Part shown: one piece after another, positions 25,357 through 34,475 of the stretch
How positions within the stretch are numbered: the stretch's first letter is position 1
How the letters are laid out: every line of letters begins with the position of its first letter
Source of the DNA: an uncultured Lachnospiraceae bacterium
GTDB lineage: Bacteria > Bacillota > Clostridia > Christensenellales > UBA1242
Length of the DNA stretch: 64,000 bases
Reading direction: 5' to 3'
Assembly: GCA_964594865.1 (NCBI GenBank)
Contig: CAZQMZ010000003.1
Coordinates: forward strand, 11,369-75,368
The notes under the pieces: generated by a model
What the model was told of the DNA's origin: nothing
The model's database searches: none
What the model saw: only the letters and a program-made list of their open reading frames with translations
Position numbers and translations under genes: made by a program

Positions 25357-26202
25357 AGTCTTTCCATTCCAAAAGGTTTCAATATTGGAAATTTGCCAAT
25401 CACTTTCTATGGAGTGATCAGTGCTTTTTGCTATCTTCTTGGTGTGATCATCACCATAATAAATGCCAAAAAACGCAGGTTTTCGACAGAAGACATAATC
25501 ACACTTGCTTGTTATGTCATCCCGCTGTGCATCGTTGGCGCAAGGATTTATTATGTTCTTTTCAGTCTTGATTCATACACAAATTTTTGGGAGATATTCA
25601 ATCTCAGGGAAGGCGGACTTGCTTTCTATGGCGGTTTGATTGGTGGAACAATTGGTGTGGTGCTTTTTTGCGTCATTCACAAGAAAAATTTTTTGGCTCT
25701 TGCGGACATTGTCGTTCCCGGACTTATCCTTGGGCAAGCGTTGGGACGTTGGGGAAATTTCTTCAATCAAGAAGCATATGGCTATACTGTCACCGACCCT
25801 GATTGGCAATGGTTTCCATTTGCGGTGTTTATTGATGACGTCAAGAGTCATTCAGGATGCACATGTGTTGGCTGGCATTTGGCGACATTCTTCTATGAAA
25901 GCATTTGGAATCTTTGCGTCTTCATCGTCTTGATGTTTTTGCTATATCGCGTCGACTTCAAGAAAAACGGCATTATTGGAGGGCTTTATCTCGTTCTCTA
26001 TGGTGCCGGAAGAGTTTGGATTGAAGGTCTTCGCACAGACAGTTTATATTTGGGAAGCATTCGCGTTTCGCAACTGTTGAGCATTTTGTTCATCATCGCC
26101 GGGCTCACTTTGGTGATTTATCAGTCGGTGAAAAGATATCTTGAAAAAAGAAAAGAAAGTTTCAACATAATCATGAGAGTTTTGAAAAAGGATTTGAAAT
26201 AG
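25354..26202 (+). CDS. lgt: prolipoprotein diacylglyceryl transferase
   Basis: GRWGNFFNQEAYG signature, GARIYYV, 7 TM; start set at MSLSIPKG. Confidence 0.92.
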   Translation: MSLSIPKGFNIGNLPITFYGVISAFCYLLGVIITIINAKKRRFSTEDIITLACYVIPLCIVGARIYYVLFSLDSYTNFWEIFNLREGGLAFYGGLIGGTIGVVLFCVIHKKNFLALADIVVPGLILGQALGRWGNFFNQEAYGYTVTDPDWQWFPFAVFIDDVKSHSGCTCVGWHLATFFYESIWNLCVFIVLMFLLYRVDFKKNGIIGGLYLVLYGAGRVWIEGLRTDSLYLGSIRVSQLLSILFIIAGLTLVIYQSVKRYLEKRKESFNIIMRVLKKDLK

Positions 26203-26235
26203 TTTAAAATTTCATCTTTTCGGCATAATAAAAAC

Positions 26236-26730
26236 ATGAATGGACGTGTTTTTGGAATCAAAAAAAGCACCTTGCTCAACCTTTCGGCAATTTTTATATT
26301 TGTTGCCTTTGTGATATATCTTTTTCTTTCAATTTTTCTGTGGAAAAATGCTGAACTCTGGTTTTTCGGTTTCTGTCTTTTTGTTGGAAGTTATGAAATT
26401 GTCAAAAGTATGCTTTTCAAATTTGACAGTTGCGTTTATATTGGTTCTCTTCTTCTTTTCATCGGCATTTTTGGATTTATCTTTTCTCACAATGTCGCCT
26501 ACGCTCCATATTTCATTTCGCTTGCGTTTATCCTTGCATCGCTTGTCACATGTCTTTTGTGCGGACATAGATTTCATTTGATTGTGGCATTTTCGATCTT
26601 TTTCGTGGGATTTTATTGCCTTTTATACACAATAAATTTGATAACCCTAACAATTTTGCTTGCATTTGTCCTTCCGTTTTTGCTATTATTTATATTGGAG
26701 ATTATATGGATATGTTTTCACAAGAAATAA
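26236..26730 (+). CDS. polytopic membrane protein, unknown function
   Basis: 164 aa, 5 hydrophobic helices, no recognised motif. Confidence 0.5.
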   Translation: MNGRVFGIKKSTLLNLSAIFIFVAFVIYLFLSIFLWKNAELWFFGFCLFVGSYEIVKSMLFKFDSCVYIGSLLLFIGIFGFIFSHNVAYAPYFISLAFILASLVTCLLCGHRFHLIVAFSIFFVGFYCLLYTINLITLTILLAFVLPFLLLFILEIIWICFHKK

Positions 26731-27335
26731 ATGGATACAATAAAAACGAAGTCGACAGCTATATTCAGCGACTCAAAGTCAGCTATGAAGCAAAATTGAT
26801 GGAAGAAAAACTCAAAGCTCTTGACAGCGAAAAACGTATTCTGGACTTGAAGAACGAGCGCTCTGAAATCGAAAACAAAGAAAAGAACATTCTCAATGCT
26901 TTGAGCGTGTTTGAAAAAGCGAAAAAATTTGAAGAAGAGGGCACAAAAAATCTTAATAAACTCATCATAGACAAACTTGAATATTTGGTCAAGGAACTAA
27001 ATTCGCATTTTCCACAACTCAAAAACGACAAAATTTTTGAAGACATAATGAGCGAATTTTCAAGTATTATGAAAAGTTATCGCCAAAATCTTGACAGGAT
27101 GTCTGACATCACCCGCCCAATTTTTTCGGATAACGACAGCATGCGTATGCTTTTGAACAAGATGCAAGACTATAAAAAGGTTCAAGATTTTCCAAAAGAA
27201 GTGCATATCACCACAAAAAAGACTCTCCGTGATTTTCCAATCAGCGAAAGTGGTTTCAATTTTGAAGAAGCTCTTCATCCAAAAGAAGACTTGTCCGAAA
27301 TCATGAAAGCATTTGATTTTTATAACGAAAACTAA
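26706..27335 (+). CDS. DivIVA-domain coiled-coil protein
   Basis: start set at MDMFSQEINGYNKNEVDSYI (F..GY...EVD.fl DivIVA N-terminal signature; GGAG SD); coiled coil follows. Confidence 0.62.
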   Translation: MDMFSQEINGYNKNEVDSYIQRLKVSYEAKLMEEKLKALDSEKRILDLKNERSEIENKEKNILNALSVFEKAKKFEEEGTKNLNKLIIDKLEYLVKELNSHFPQLKNDKIFEDIMSEFSSIMKSYRQNLDRMSDITRPIFSDNDSMRMLLNKMQDYKKVQDFPKEVHITTKKTLRDFPISESGFNFEEALHPKEDLSEIMKAFDFYNEN

Positions 27336-27362
27336 AAAGAACCACTCTTCGTGGTTTTTTTT
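27334..27362. terminator. bidirectional terminator between the DivIVA-like and metal transporter genes
   Basis: AAAAAGAACCAC-tcttc-GTGGTTTTTTTT. Confidence 0.75.
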
Positions 27363-27370
27363 AATTATTT

Positions 27371-28327
27371 TCACATAAACAAACTGACAAGAAAACCGCT
27401 GACTATTCCAATTCCATATTGCAAAACGAGAATGCCTAAATTTTGAAGCGGATGTTTTCTGTTTTTTGTCCAAAGGATGATCAGTCCCACACCCGCACCT
27501 GCTGTCAAGCCTGCAAGCAGTGCTGGGAAGGAAAGTGTGCCAAAGAGAAAAAGTTCTGTCAAAAGCACAGAAGATGCACAGTTTGGAATCAATCCAATCA
27601 ACCCTGCAATGAGAATTTGAAAATATGGATTTGTTGTGAGAAGACTGCTCAAAACTTCCGTTCCGCAATAGTTGACCACCAAATTGAGCACAAACGTTGC
27701 GACAAAGATATATATGGCAATGTTGAAAGTGTGATCAAACGCTTCTACAAAAATGTTGTTTCCACAGCAACTTCCATGTTGATGTCCACAGTTGGCTTCG
27801 CACTCTGTTGAATGAATATGCCCGCATTCGTGCACATGAGAATGTTCATGCTCTTTGTTTTCTTCTTCAATCTCATCGTGCTCATGTTCATGTTCTTCAA
27901 TTTCAACAACAAATTCATGTTTTCGTCTTGGACGTATCACCAAATCAATGAGATATCCCCAAATGATTGCCAAGACAAGTTTTATGCCAATAAGTTCAAG
28001 CATGCTCACCACACTTTCGACATTCGACAACATGATTGGAATGGCTTCATCCGAAGTGGCAATGAAAACCGCAACAAGAGTGCCAAGCGAAACACGGCGT
28101 TGAGAATATAAATCAGAAATCACGGAAGAGAATCCACACTGAGGAACACATCCAAGAAGAGAAGCATAAAAAACACTGAACTTACTGTTTTTTGAAAGAA
28201 ACTTTGTGAATTTATGGCTGTGATCATGCGACAAAAATGCCACCAAAAGATAGGCAAGAAAAAGGATTGGAACGACTTTCAAACAATCCACCACGGCATC
28301 ATATAAACTTTCAACAAAAATCTCCAT
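27371..28327 (-). CDS. putative heavy-metal transporter (ArsP_2-like 10-TM family) with a His/Cys-rich cytoplasmic loop
   Basis: LLGCVPQCGFSSV..IATSDEAIPIML motif; loop EHEHEHDEIEEENKEHEHSHVHECGHIHSTECEANCGHQHGSCCG; start set at MEIFVES (AAGGGG SD), and the track's TTG start lies inside the -35. Confidence 0.6.
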   Translation of the reverse strand: MEIFVESLYDAVVDCLKVVPILFLAYLLVAFLSHDHSHKFTKFLSKNSKFSVFYASLLGCVPQCGFSSVISDLYSQRRVSLGTLVAVFIATSDEAIPIMLSNVESVVSMLELIGIKLVLAIIWGYLIDLVIRPRRKHEFVVEIEEHEHEHDEIEEENKEHEHSHVHECGHIHSTECEANCGHQHGSCCGNNIFVEAFDHTFNIAIYIFVATFVLNLVVNYCGTEVLSSLLTTNPYFQILIAGLIGLIPNCASSVLLTELFLFGTLSFPALLAGLTAGAGVGLIILWTKNRKHPLQNLGILVLQYGIGIVSGFLVSLFM

Positions 28328-28352
28328 ACTTGCCCCTTTCGCAGTCAAGTCC

Positions 28353-28404
28353 ATTGTATCACATACAAAGCTCTTTTTCAAATATATTTGAAAATTATTT
28401 CAAA
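28353..28404 (-). promoter_or_regulatory. promoter of the His-rich metal transporter plus an adjacent near-palindrome (candidate metalloregulator operator)
   Basis: minus strand: TTGAAA (28376-28381), 17 nt, TACAAT (28353-28358). The 18-bp near-palindrome TTTGAAAATTATTTCAAA (28387-28404) lies just upstream of the -35. Confidence 0.5.
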
Positions 28405-28450
28405 AATTACTCAAACTTTATAATATATATTTTCAAAAATAAACTTTATT

Positions 28451-28482
28451 TTGTTGACTTATCAACAAAAATTTGATATCAT
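28451..28482 (+). promoter_or_regulatory. promoter of the marR-ABC operon with an overlapping inverted repeat (candidate MarR operator)
   Basis: TTGACT (28454-28459), 17 nt, TGaTATCAT (28474-28482); inverted repeat TTGTTGA-ctta-TCAACAA (28451-28468) covers the -35. Confidence 0.55.
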
Positions 28483-28503
28483 AGAGAGCAAAAGGAGAAA
28501 CAA

Positions 28504-28905
28504 ATGCAAACTCAAGAAGAACAATATGATTTAAGCAAATTTTTTGTCATAAAGAAAATCTGCAACAAATATATATGCGATGGCAAAAATGCCCCATTTG
28601 CAATCTTTGCAGAAGCAATTTTAAATCACAATTTCCGCACCCAACAGGAACTCACTCAATTTTTGGATTGTGACAAAGCTCACACAAGCAGAACGTTGCT
28701 TAAAATGCAAGCAAGCGGATTTGTCAAACCTTTTTCAAAAAATATAACCTTAACAGACAAAGGAAAAACGTTTGCACTTGAAATACAACGAAAAAAAGTC
28801 GAACTGCAAAAAAAACTTATTCAAGACATATCAGAGCAAGATTTGAAAACCTTTATGAATGTGATTGAACAAATTGCAAACAACGCAAAAAATTTGATTG
28901 AATAA
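28504..28905 (+). CDS. MarR-family transcriptional regulator
   Basis: wHTH segment RTQQELTQFLDCDKAHTSRTLLKMQASGFV; AAGGAG SD; first gene of an operon with the ABC transporter. Confidence 0.75.
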   Translation: MQTQEEQYDLSKFFVIKKICNKYICDGKNAPFAIFAEAILNHNFRTQQELTQFLDCDKAHTSRTLLKMQASGFVKPFSKNITLTDKGKTFALEIQRKKVELQKKLIQDISEQDLKTFMNVIEQIANNAKNLIE

Positions 28906-28918
28906 ATAAGGAGAAAAT

Positions 28919-31045
28919 ATGGAAAAAGAACTTAAACTTATCAATGTCAACAAAAAATATAAATTGGCAGGAAAGCAAACTTTTCAAGCTCTATATGACA
29001 TCAACATCGAATTTGAAAAAGGCGAACTTGTTTCAATTGTTGGTGAAAGCGGAAGCGGAAAATCGACCCTGATGAACCTTATCGGCGGGCTTGACAGCGA
29101 TTTCACCGGCGACATTATTGCTGGCGGAGAAAATTTGCGTAAACTTTCTGACAAACAGTTGGATAAATATCGCAAAAACAAGGTGGGCTTTGTCTTTCAG
29201 TCTTTCAATCTCATCTCACACCTTTCCATTTTAGATAACGTCACACTTTCGTTGACACTGTCGAATGTCAGCGAAAAACAAAAGGTGAAAAAAGCGACAG
29301 AGATTTTGAAACGCGTTGGACTTTCAACTCAATTAAAGAGAAAGCCAACCCAACTTTCTGGCGGACAAAAACAACGTGTGGCAATCGCCCGCGCCCTGAT
29401 CAACGACCCAGAAATCATCATTGCTGACGAACCAACAGGCTCGCTTGACAGCACCACTTCCATGCAAATTTTGGAAATTTTGAAAGAAATTGCAGACAGT
29501 GGCAAACTTGTCATCATGGTGACCCACTCTGAAAAAGTGGCATCCGTTTCTTCTCGTGTGGTGGAGATTTCGGACGGAAGAATAATTTCGGACAAAATCA
29601 ACGAAAAATATAAGAGAAAAAAGATTGCGCCTGCTGAAAAGCCAGCTGAAAAAGTTGAAGAGACTACCAAGAAAAAGAAAAAATCTGTCAACTATAAAGA
29701 CCGTCAAACTCTCACTCTTTGGCAAGCCATACGTCTGTCGATGCACAACATGTGGGCAAGCAAAACAAAGAATTTTCTCATGGCATTTGGCGTGGCAATT
29801 GGCATTGGAAGTTTGATTTTGATGATGTGTTTTTCGTCAGGTATTACTGATTATATCACCAACACCTCAAACTCATTCTCCGATCCAACAATCGTGACAA
29901 TTTCAAAGAAAAACACTGAAGATAGCTCCTCAGGCTCTTTAATAAGTTCGCTGTTAGATTTCAGTTACACCCCATTTGATGAAGATGAAAATGAGATTGA
30001 AACATTGATTGAAAATATAAATAACTATTTAGCTGAGCAATACGAAAGTGGAAAACTGAGTGAAAGTTTCACCGTGACCGAAGAAAACATTTCCAGAGGC
30101 GTGCAAATGTACACAATTTCCACAGGAGAAAACTCGAAAGCCTCCGTTACTAACACGGAAACAGATGAAAGTTTGAACATTTTCTGCATATACACCATCC
30201 CGCCTTATTACACCAGTGCAAATGTGGCAACTGGAGAAATGTGCACATCCGAAGGCGGAGTTATGTTCTCCAGCAAAATTCTCGAATTGTTTGAAAACGG
30301 AAGCATATATAACGACGACGGAAGTGCAAGAACTGTCAAGTTGTCATTAAGTCTCGACGAAACTGGTGGAACAAACACATTACCTTACACACTTGAAGAA
30401 GAAGTGACAGGAATTATGGATATCTCCATTTTGTCGGGATATCTTGTGATGTATGTTGATTATGACTATTTGCAAGACATTTATGAAGGTTGGACCGGCA
30501 CGACATTAAATCCAAACATCCTTTACATCCAAACATCAAGTGAAGAAATCACAAATGCCATAAACACATACATCGCCGCCCAAGAAGGATACACCGGCTC
30601 AATTGAAGATCAACTTTCGGGTGTGTTTTCAAGCATGTCATCCGTCATTGGCACATCACTGATTATCATTTCTTGCATTTCACTTATCGTTTCTGCAATG
30701 ATGATTTTGGTTGTGCTTTATATGAGCGTCACTGAACGCACAAAAGAAATTGGCGTACTCAAATCAATCGGTGCACGTCGAAAAGATATTCGCAGAATTT
30801 TCACATCCGAAAGTTTCTTGATTGGTCTTTTGAGTGGTATTGTTGGCATTGTGTTCAACCTGATCCTTACCGGCATTGTCTATCTTGCACTCATCAACTT
30901 GATTGGCATCGCTCCGCTCACATATCGCTGGTGGTATTTTGCAGTTGCAATTGGAGTTTCAGTTGTGATCAGCATGCTTTCTGGACTCTACCCTGCAAAC
31001 AAAGCTTCCAAACTTGACCCTGTGGAAAGTTTGCGAAGAGAATGA
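28919..31045 (+). CDS. fused ABC transporter ATP-binding protein/FtsX-type permease (MacB-like)
   Basis: Walker A GESGSGKST, signature LSGGQKQR, Walker B IIIADEPTGSLD; large extracytoplasmic domain between TM1 and the C-terminal FtsX 3-TM bundle. Confidence 0.9.
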   Translation: MEKELKLINVNKKYKLAGKQTFQALYDINIEFEKGELVSIVGESGSGKSTLMNLIGGLDSDFTGDIIAGGENLRKLSDKQLDKYRKNKVGFVFQSFNLISHLSILDNVTLSLTLSNVSEKQKVKKATEILKRVGLSTQLKRKPTQLSGGQKQRVAIARALINDPEIIIADEPTGSLDSTTSMQILEILKEIADSGKLVIMVTHSEKVASVSSRVVEISDGRIISDKINEKYKRKKIAPAEKPAEKVEETTKKKKKSVNYKDRQTLTLWQAIRLSMHNMWASKTKNFLMAFGVAIGIGSLILMMCFSSGITDYITNTSNSFSDPTIVTISKKNTEDSSSGSLISSLLDFSYTPFDEDENEIETLIENINNYLAEQYESGKLSESFTVTEENISRGVQMYTISTGENSKASVTNTETDESLNIFCIYTIPPYYTSANVATGEMCTSEGGVMFSSKILELFENGSIYNDDGSARTVKLSLSLDETGGTNTLPYTLEEEVTGIMDISILSGYLVMYVDYDYLQDIYEGWTGTTLNPNILYIQTSSEEITNAINTYIAAQEGYTGSIEDQLSGVFSSMSSVIGTSLIIISCISLIVSAMMILVVLYMSVTERTKEIGVLKSIGARRKDIRRIFTSESFLIGLLSGIVGIVFNLILTGIVYLALINLIGIAPLTYRWWYFAVAIGVSVVISMLSGLYPANKASKLDPVESLRRE

Positions 31046-31076
31046 AATTGATAAATTGTGTTGAAAGAGAAAAAAT

Positions 31077-31736
31077 ATGATTAACATAAAAAAATTTTTG
31101 TTTGAACATGCCGATGAGAAGTATGCAGACTTCAATAAAAAATTCATCAAGTCTGCATACCAAATTGTCGGTGTGAGAATTCCAATTTTAAGAAAATTTG
31201 CCAAGGAAATTGAACCAGAATATATTGACTTGGAAGACAAATCGCTCACCCATGAAGAAATTTTGCTCTATGTCTATTCCGCCGCAGAGAATTATAAGAC
31301 AGAAGATGAACAGTTGGAATATTTGCAAAACATTCTGCCATATATCGACAATTGGTGCACCAGCGATTGCATTGACACAGCATTAAAAAGTTTGACCGGA
31401 GAAAAATCTTATCAATTTTTCACAAATCTACTTTTTGATGAACGCGAATTCTATATTCGAGTTGGCATTGTTGGACTTATGTTTTTCTTTTTGAAAACCG
31501 ACAAACTTGATGAAATCTTGAAAAATTTGAAGAAAATCAAATCGCAAACATATTATGTCAAAATGGCAACTGCATGGTTTTTTGCAGAACTTTCAACTTT
31601 CAATTTTTCACTTGCAAAAGAAGAAATTTCAAAAATTCAAGACAAATTCATTAGAAATAAATCCATTTCAAAGGCATGCGAAAGTTTGAGATTGAACAAA
31701 GAAGAAAAAACTGAATTGATGAATTTAAAAAAATAA
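31077..31736 (+). CDS. DNA alkylation repair protein (AlkD-like HEAT-repeat family)
   Basis: N-terminus ..ADEKYADFNKKFIKSAYQIVGVRIPILRKFAKEI typical of the DNA_alkylation family. Confidence 0.7.
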   Translation: MINIKKFLFEHADEKYADFNKKFIKSAYQIVGVRIPILRKFAKEIEPEYIDLEDKSLTHEEILLYVYSAAENYKTEDEQLEYLQNILPYIDNWCTSDCIDTALKSLTGEKSYQFFTNLLFDEREFYIRVGIVGLMFFFLKTDKLDEILKNLKKIKSQTYYVKMATAWFFAELSTFNFSLAKEEISKIQDKFIRNKSISKACESLRLNKEEKTELMNLKK

Positions 31737-31773
31737 AATAAATTAAATAAAAATATAAAAAATAATAAAAAAG

Positions 31774-31803
31774 CAATAAAAAATGATTTTTATTGTTTTT
31801 TTT
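31774..31803. terminator. AT-rich bidirectional terminator after the alkD-like gene
   Basis: CAATAAAAA-atga-TTTTTATTG flanked by an A-run and a T-run. Confidence 0.55.
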
Positions 31804-32004
31804 GAAATATTTTTTCGCTATACGTGTTGGAATTTTTCTCGATTTTTAAATAATTTTTTATTTATTTTTCTTTTTTTTGATATTTTTTATTATTTTTTCT
31901 TAATTTTTCGACAATTTTTTTAATATTTTTTGCTAAATTTTTTACTTATTTTTTTTGCTAAAATTTTTTGCCGACATTTTTATGATTTTTTCGATAATTT
32001 TTAA
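31800..32004. repeat. about 200-bp T-tract-rich low-complexity spacer with short degenerate direct repeats
   Basis: runs of T5-T8 recurring about every 9-12 nt; TTTTTTGCTAAA(A)TTTTTT occurs twice (about 31927 and 31953); TTTTTCGACAATTTTTT contains TTCGACA (31907-31913). Confidence 0.7.
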
Positions 32005-33159
32005 TTATTTTTTTCTAGATTGACGACTGACGCTTATTGCAACACCCACACCAGCCATAAAAACTGCAACAGATGTTCCGCCACTTGAAATGAAAGGAAG
32101 GGGAAGTCCTGTTGGCGGAATACTTCCCGTCACCACAGCAATGTTCAAAAGTGTTTGAACGGCAATGACAATTCCAATTCCGCATGCAAGCAAACAACCA
32201 AAACGATCTTTGGCATTTAAACCAATTTTGAAAAGTTGATAGACCAGCAAACCAAAAACAAGAATGACAGCAATGCATCCGACATAACCCAACTCTTCGC
32301 CTATTATTGAAAAAATGAAATCAGATTCGGCAAATGGCAAGAAAAGATATTTTTGGCGCGACTGAAACAACCCCACGCCAAACCAACCACCATTGCCAAG
32401 AGAATAGAGAGATTGGATGAGTTGAAAGCCTTCACCTTGTGGTGAAGCCCAAGGGTCGAGAAAGGCAAAAAGACGTTTTAAGCGATATGGTTCTGTCAAA
32501 ATCAAAACCGGCACCATCACACCTGCCATACACGAAAAAATGATTGTATGCTTTTTCGTTATCCCGCCAACAATCAACATGAAAAATGTGACAATTGCCA
32601 AACACATTGTCACGCTCATGCTTGGCTCGATGATGACAAGCACACACAAAATTCCAGCAACTGCAAGTGGTGGAAGAAGTCCTTTGAAAGATTTGATTTT
32701 GTCATGCTTTTCGGAGAGATAACACGCCAAAAACAGCACAAGCGAAAACTTTGCAATCTCAGATGGTTGAATGGACACTCCAAGAAAATTGACCCATCGA
32801 TTTGCGCCATAACTTTGCACGCCGAAGCCGGGCACAAACACCAAAACAAGCAAGACAATGCTCCCCGCCAAAACCCAATATCGAAATTTTTTGAGAACGT
32901 GATAGTCAACAAAAGCAAAAAAGAACATTGCAACAAGCCCAAGAATGACGCCAAAAATTTGTTTGAACAAGAAGAAATATTCGTTTCCATAGCGATAACT
33001 TGCCGAATATGAACTTGCGCTGTAAACCATAAGACAGCCAAACCCAGCAAGAGCTATCACCAAGAGAATGACAAAAAACTCTTGTTTCGAAAAAATTTTC
33101 TTTGATGAAAAATTTATTTTAAACTTATTTCCAATCACACTCAACGACTTTTTTTTCAT
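32005..33159 (-). CDS. FtsW/RodA/SpoVE-family peptidoglycan glycosyltransferase
   Basis: 10 TM; LQPSEIAKF-like IQPSEIAKF and SGGTS motifs; start MKKKS shares 1 nt with the murD stop (TAATG); dcw position matches ftsW/spoVE. Confidence 0.9.
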   Translation of the reverse strand: MKKKSLSVIGNKFKINFSSKKIFSKQEFFVILLVIALAGFGCLMVYSASSYSASYRYGNEYFFLFKQIFGVILGLVAMFFFAFVDYHVLKKFRYWVLAGSIVLLVLVFVPGFGVQSYGANRWVNFLGVSIQPSEIAKFSLVLFLACYLSEKHDKIKSFKGLLPPLAVAGILCVLVIIEPSMSVTMCLAIVTFFMLIVGGITKKHTIIFSCMAGVMVPVLILTEPYRLKRLFAFLDPWASPQGEGFQLIQSLYSLGNGGWFGVGLFQSRQKYLFLPFAESDFIFSIIGEELGYVGCIAVILVFGLLVYQLFKIGLNAKDRFGCLLACGIGIVIAVQTLLNIAVVTGSIPPTGLPLPFISSGGTSVAVFMAGVGVAISVSRQSRKK

Positions 33160-34460
33160 TAAAATCCTTCTTTCAAATTGCTTAGGATGATATTTTTGAA
33201 GCACTCGCCCCTTTCGGCATAGTTTGAAAATTCATCAAAACTTGCGCATGCCGGCGAAAGTATGACATAGTCACCTTTTTCAGCATCTTTTATACAAAAT
33301 TGCACCGCGTCATAAAACTTTTCAAACACTGCACGCGAATAGCCATATTTTCTGGCAGATTCTGCAATCTTTTCTCTTTCTTGACCGAAACATATCACTT
33401 TTTTGACGGCAAACTGACGGCAAAATAAATCGTCATAGTTGATGTCCTTCCCTTCACCGCCCATCAAAAGCAAAATACTTTTGCCTTTGAATGCTTCCAC
33501 GCACGCTATGGTGCTTGCAACGTTGGTGGCTTTGCTGTCATCAATGAACACAACATCATTCATTTCTCCCACTTTTTCCATGCGATGAGAAGCGGGAAGG
33601 AAGGTCTTGATTGGTTCGAAATAGGCACTTGGTGGAAGTTTGAACTGACTGCATATCGCCACGCTTGCCAAAACATTCTCCAAATTCTTTTCGCCCAAAA
33701 GCGGAATGTCACTTATACTGACAATTTTGCGCTTGCCGGCATATATTTGGTTTTTCCAGACATAGACACCCTTTTTTATTTTATTTTTGGAAAAATAAAG
33801 GCAATTTCGGTGCTCAATTTTTCTTGCATTTTGATCGTCCAAATTCAAAATCAAAACATCCTTTCTCTTCAAATTGTCTGCAATCTTGCTCTTGACACAC
33901 ATATATTCTTCAAAACTGCCGTGCCTGTCCAAATGATCTGGCTGGACGTTCAACACGCACGCCACATCCGCACGAAAAAATCTGCTTGTTTCAAGCTGAA
34001 AACTTGACACTTCACAAACAACAACACTGTCTTTGGTGGTTTTTTCACAAACTGCCGAAAAAGGAAGACCAATGTTTCCGCACAAAAAAGTCTCATATCC
34101 AGCCGACTTGAGAATTTTGTTCACAAGCATACACACCGTCGTTTTGCCGTTTGTGCCAGTGACCGCAACAATTTTTCCGCGTGAGTTTAAGTAGGCAAAA
34201 TCAATCTCGGAAATCACAGGAATTTTTCGTTCTTGAAACCTTTGCAAAAGTGTATTATCTCGGCATTTCACTCCCGGACTTATCACCACCAAATCCCAAT
34301 CTTTTTCTTCCGGATTACGCTCAAAGCCAATTTGGTCAAAGAAGCGCACATCTTCATCGTAAAAACTGACATACGCACTCTTTTCTTGCAAAATTTTGAT
34401 GACCGCTCGTCCACTGTCGCCAAGCCCATACACCAAAATTTTCTTGTTTTTCAATTTCAT
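33159..34460 (-). CDS. murD: UDP-N-acetylmuramoylalanine--D-glutamate ligase
   Basis: GLGDSG N-terminus, VTGTNGKTT P-loop, Mur ligase layout. Confidence 0.93.
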   Translation of the reverse strand: MKLKNKKILVYGLGDSGRAVIKILQEKSAYVSFYDEDVRFFDQIGFERNPEEKDWDLVVISPGVKCRDNTLLQRFQERKIPVISEIDFAYLNSRGKIVAVTGTNGKTTVCMLVNKILKSAGYETFLCGNIGLPFSAVCEKTTKDSVVVCEVSSFQLETSRFFRADVACVLNVQPDHLDRHGSFEEYMCVKSKIADNLKRKDVLILNLDDQNARKIEHRNCLYFSKNKIKKGVYVWKNQIYAGKRKIVSISDIPLLGEKNLENVLASVAICSQFKLPPSAYFEPIKTFLPASHRMEKVGEMNDVVFIDDSKATNVASTIACVEAFKGKSILLLMGGEGKDINYDDLFCRQFAVKKVICFGQEREKIAESARKYGYSRAVFEKFYDAVQFCIKDAEKGDYVILSPACASFDEFSNYAERGECFKNIILSNLKEGF

Positions 34461-34475
34461 ATTTGCTCCGTTGAC

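Noticed and set aside
31740-32004. Possible CRISPR or minisatellite array in the repetitive AT-rich spacer
   Set aside because: There is no repeat of 20 nt or more with regular unique spacers, only T-tracts and two loosely similar 18-20-nt motifs, and no cas genes in the window.
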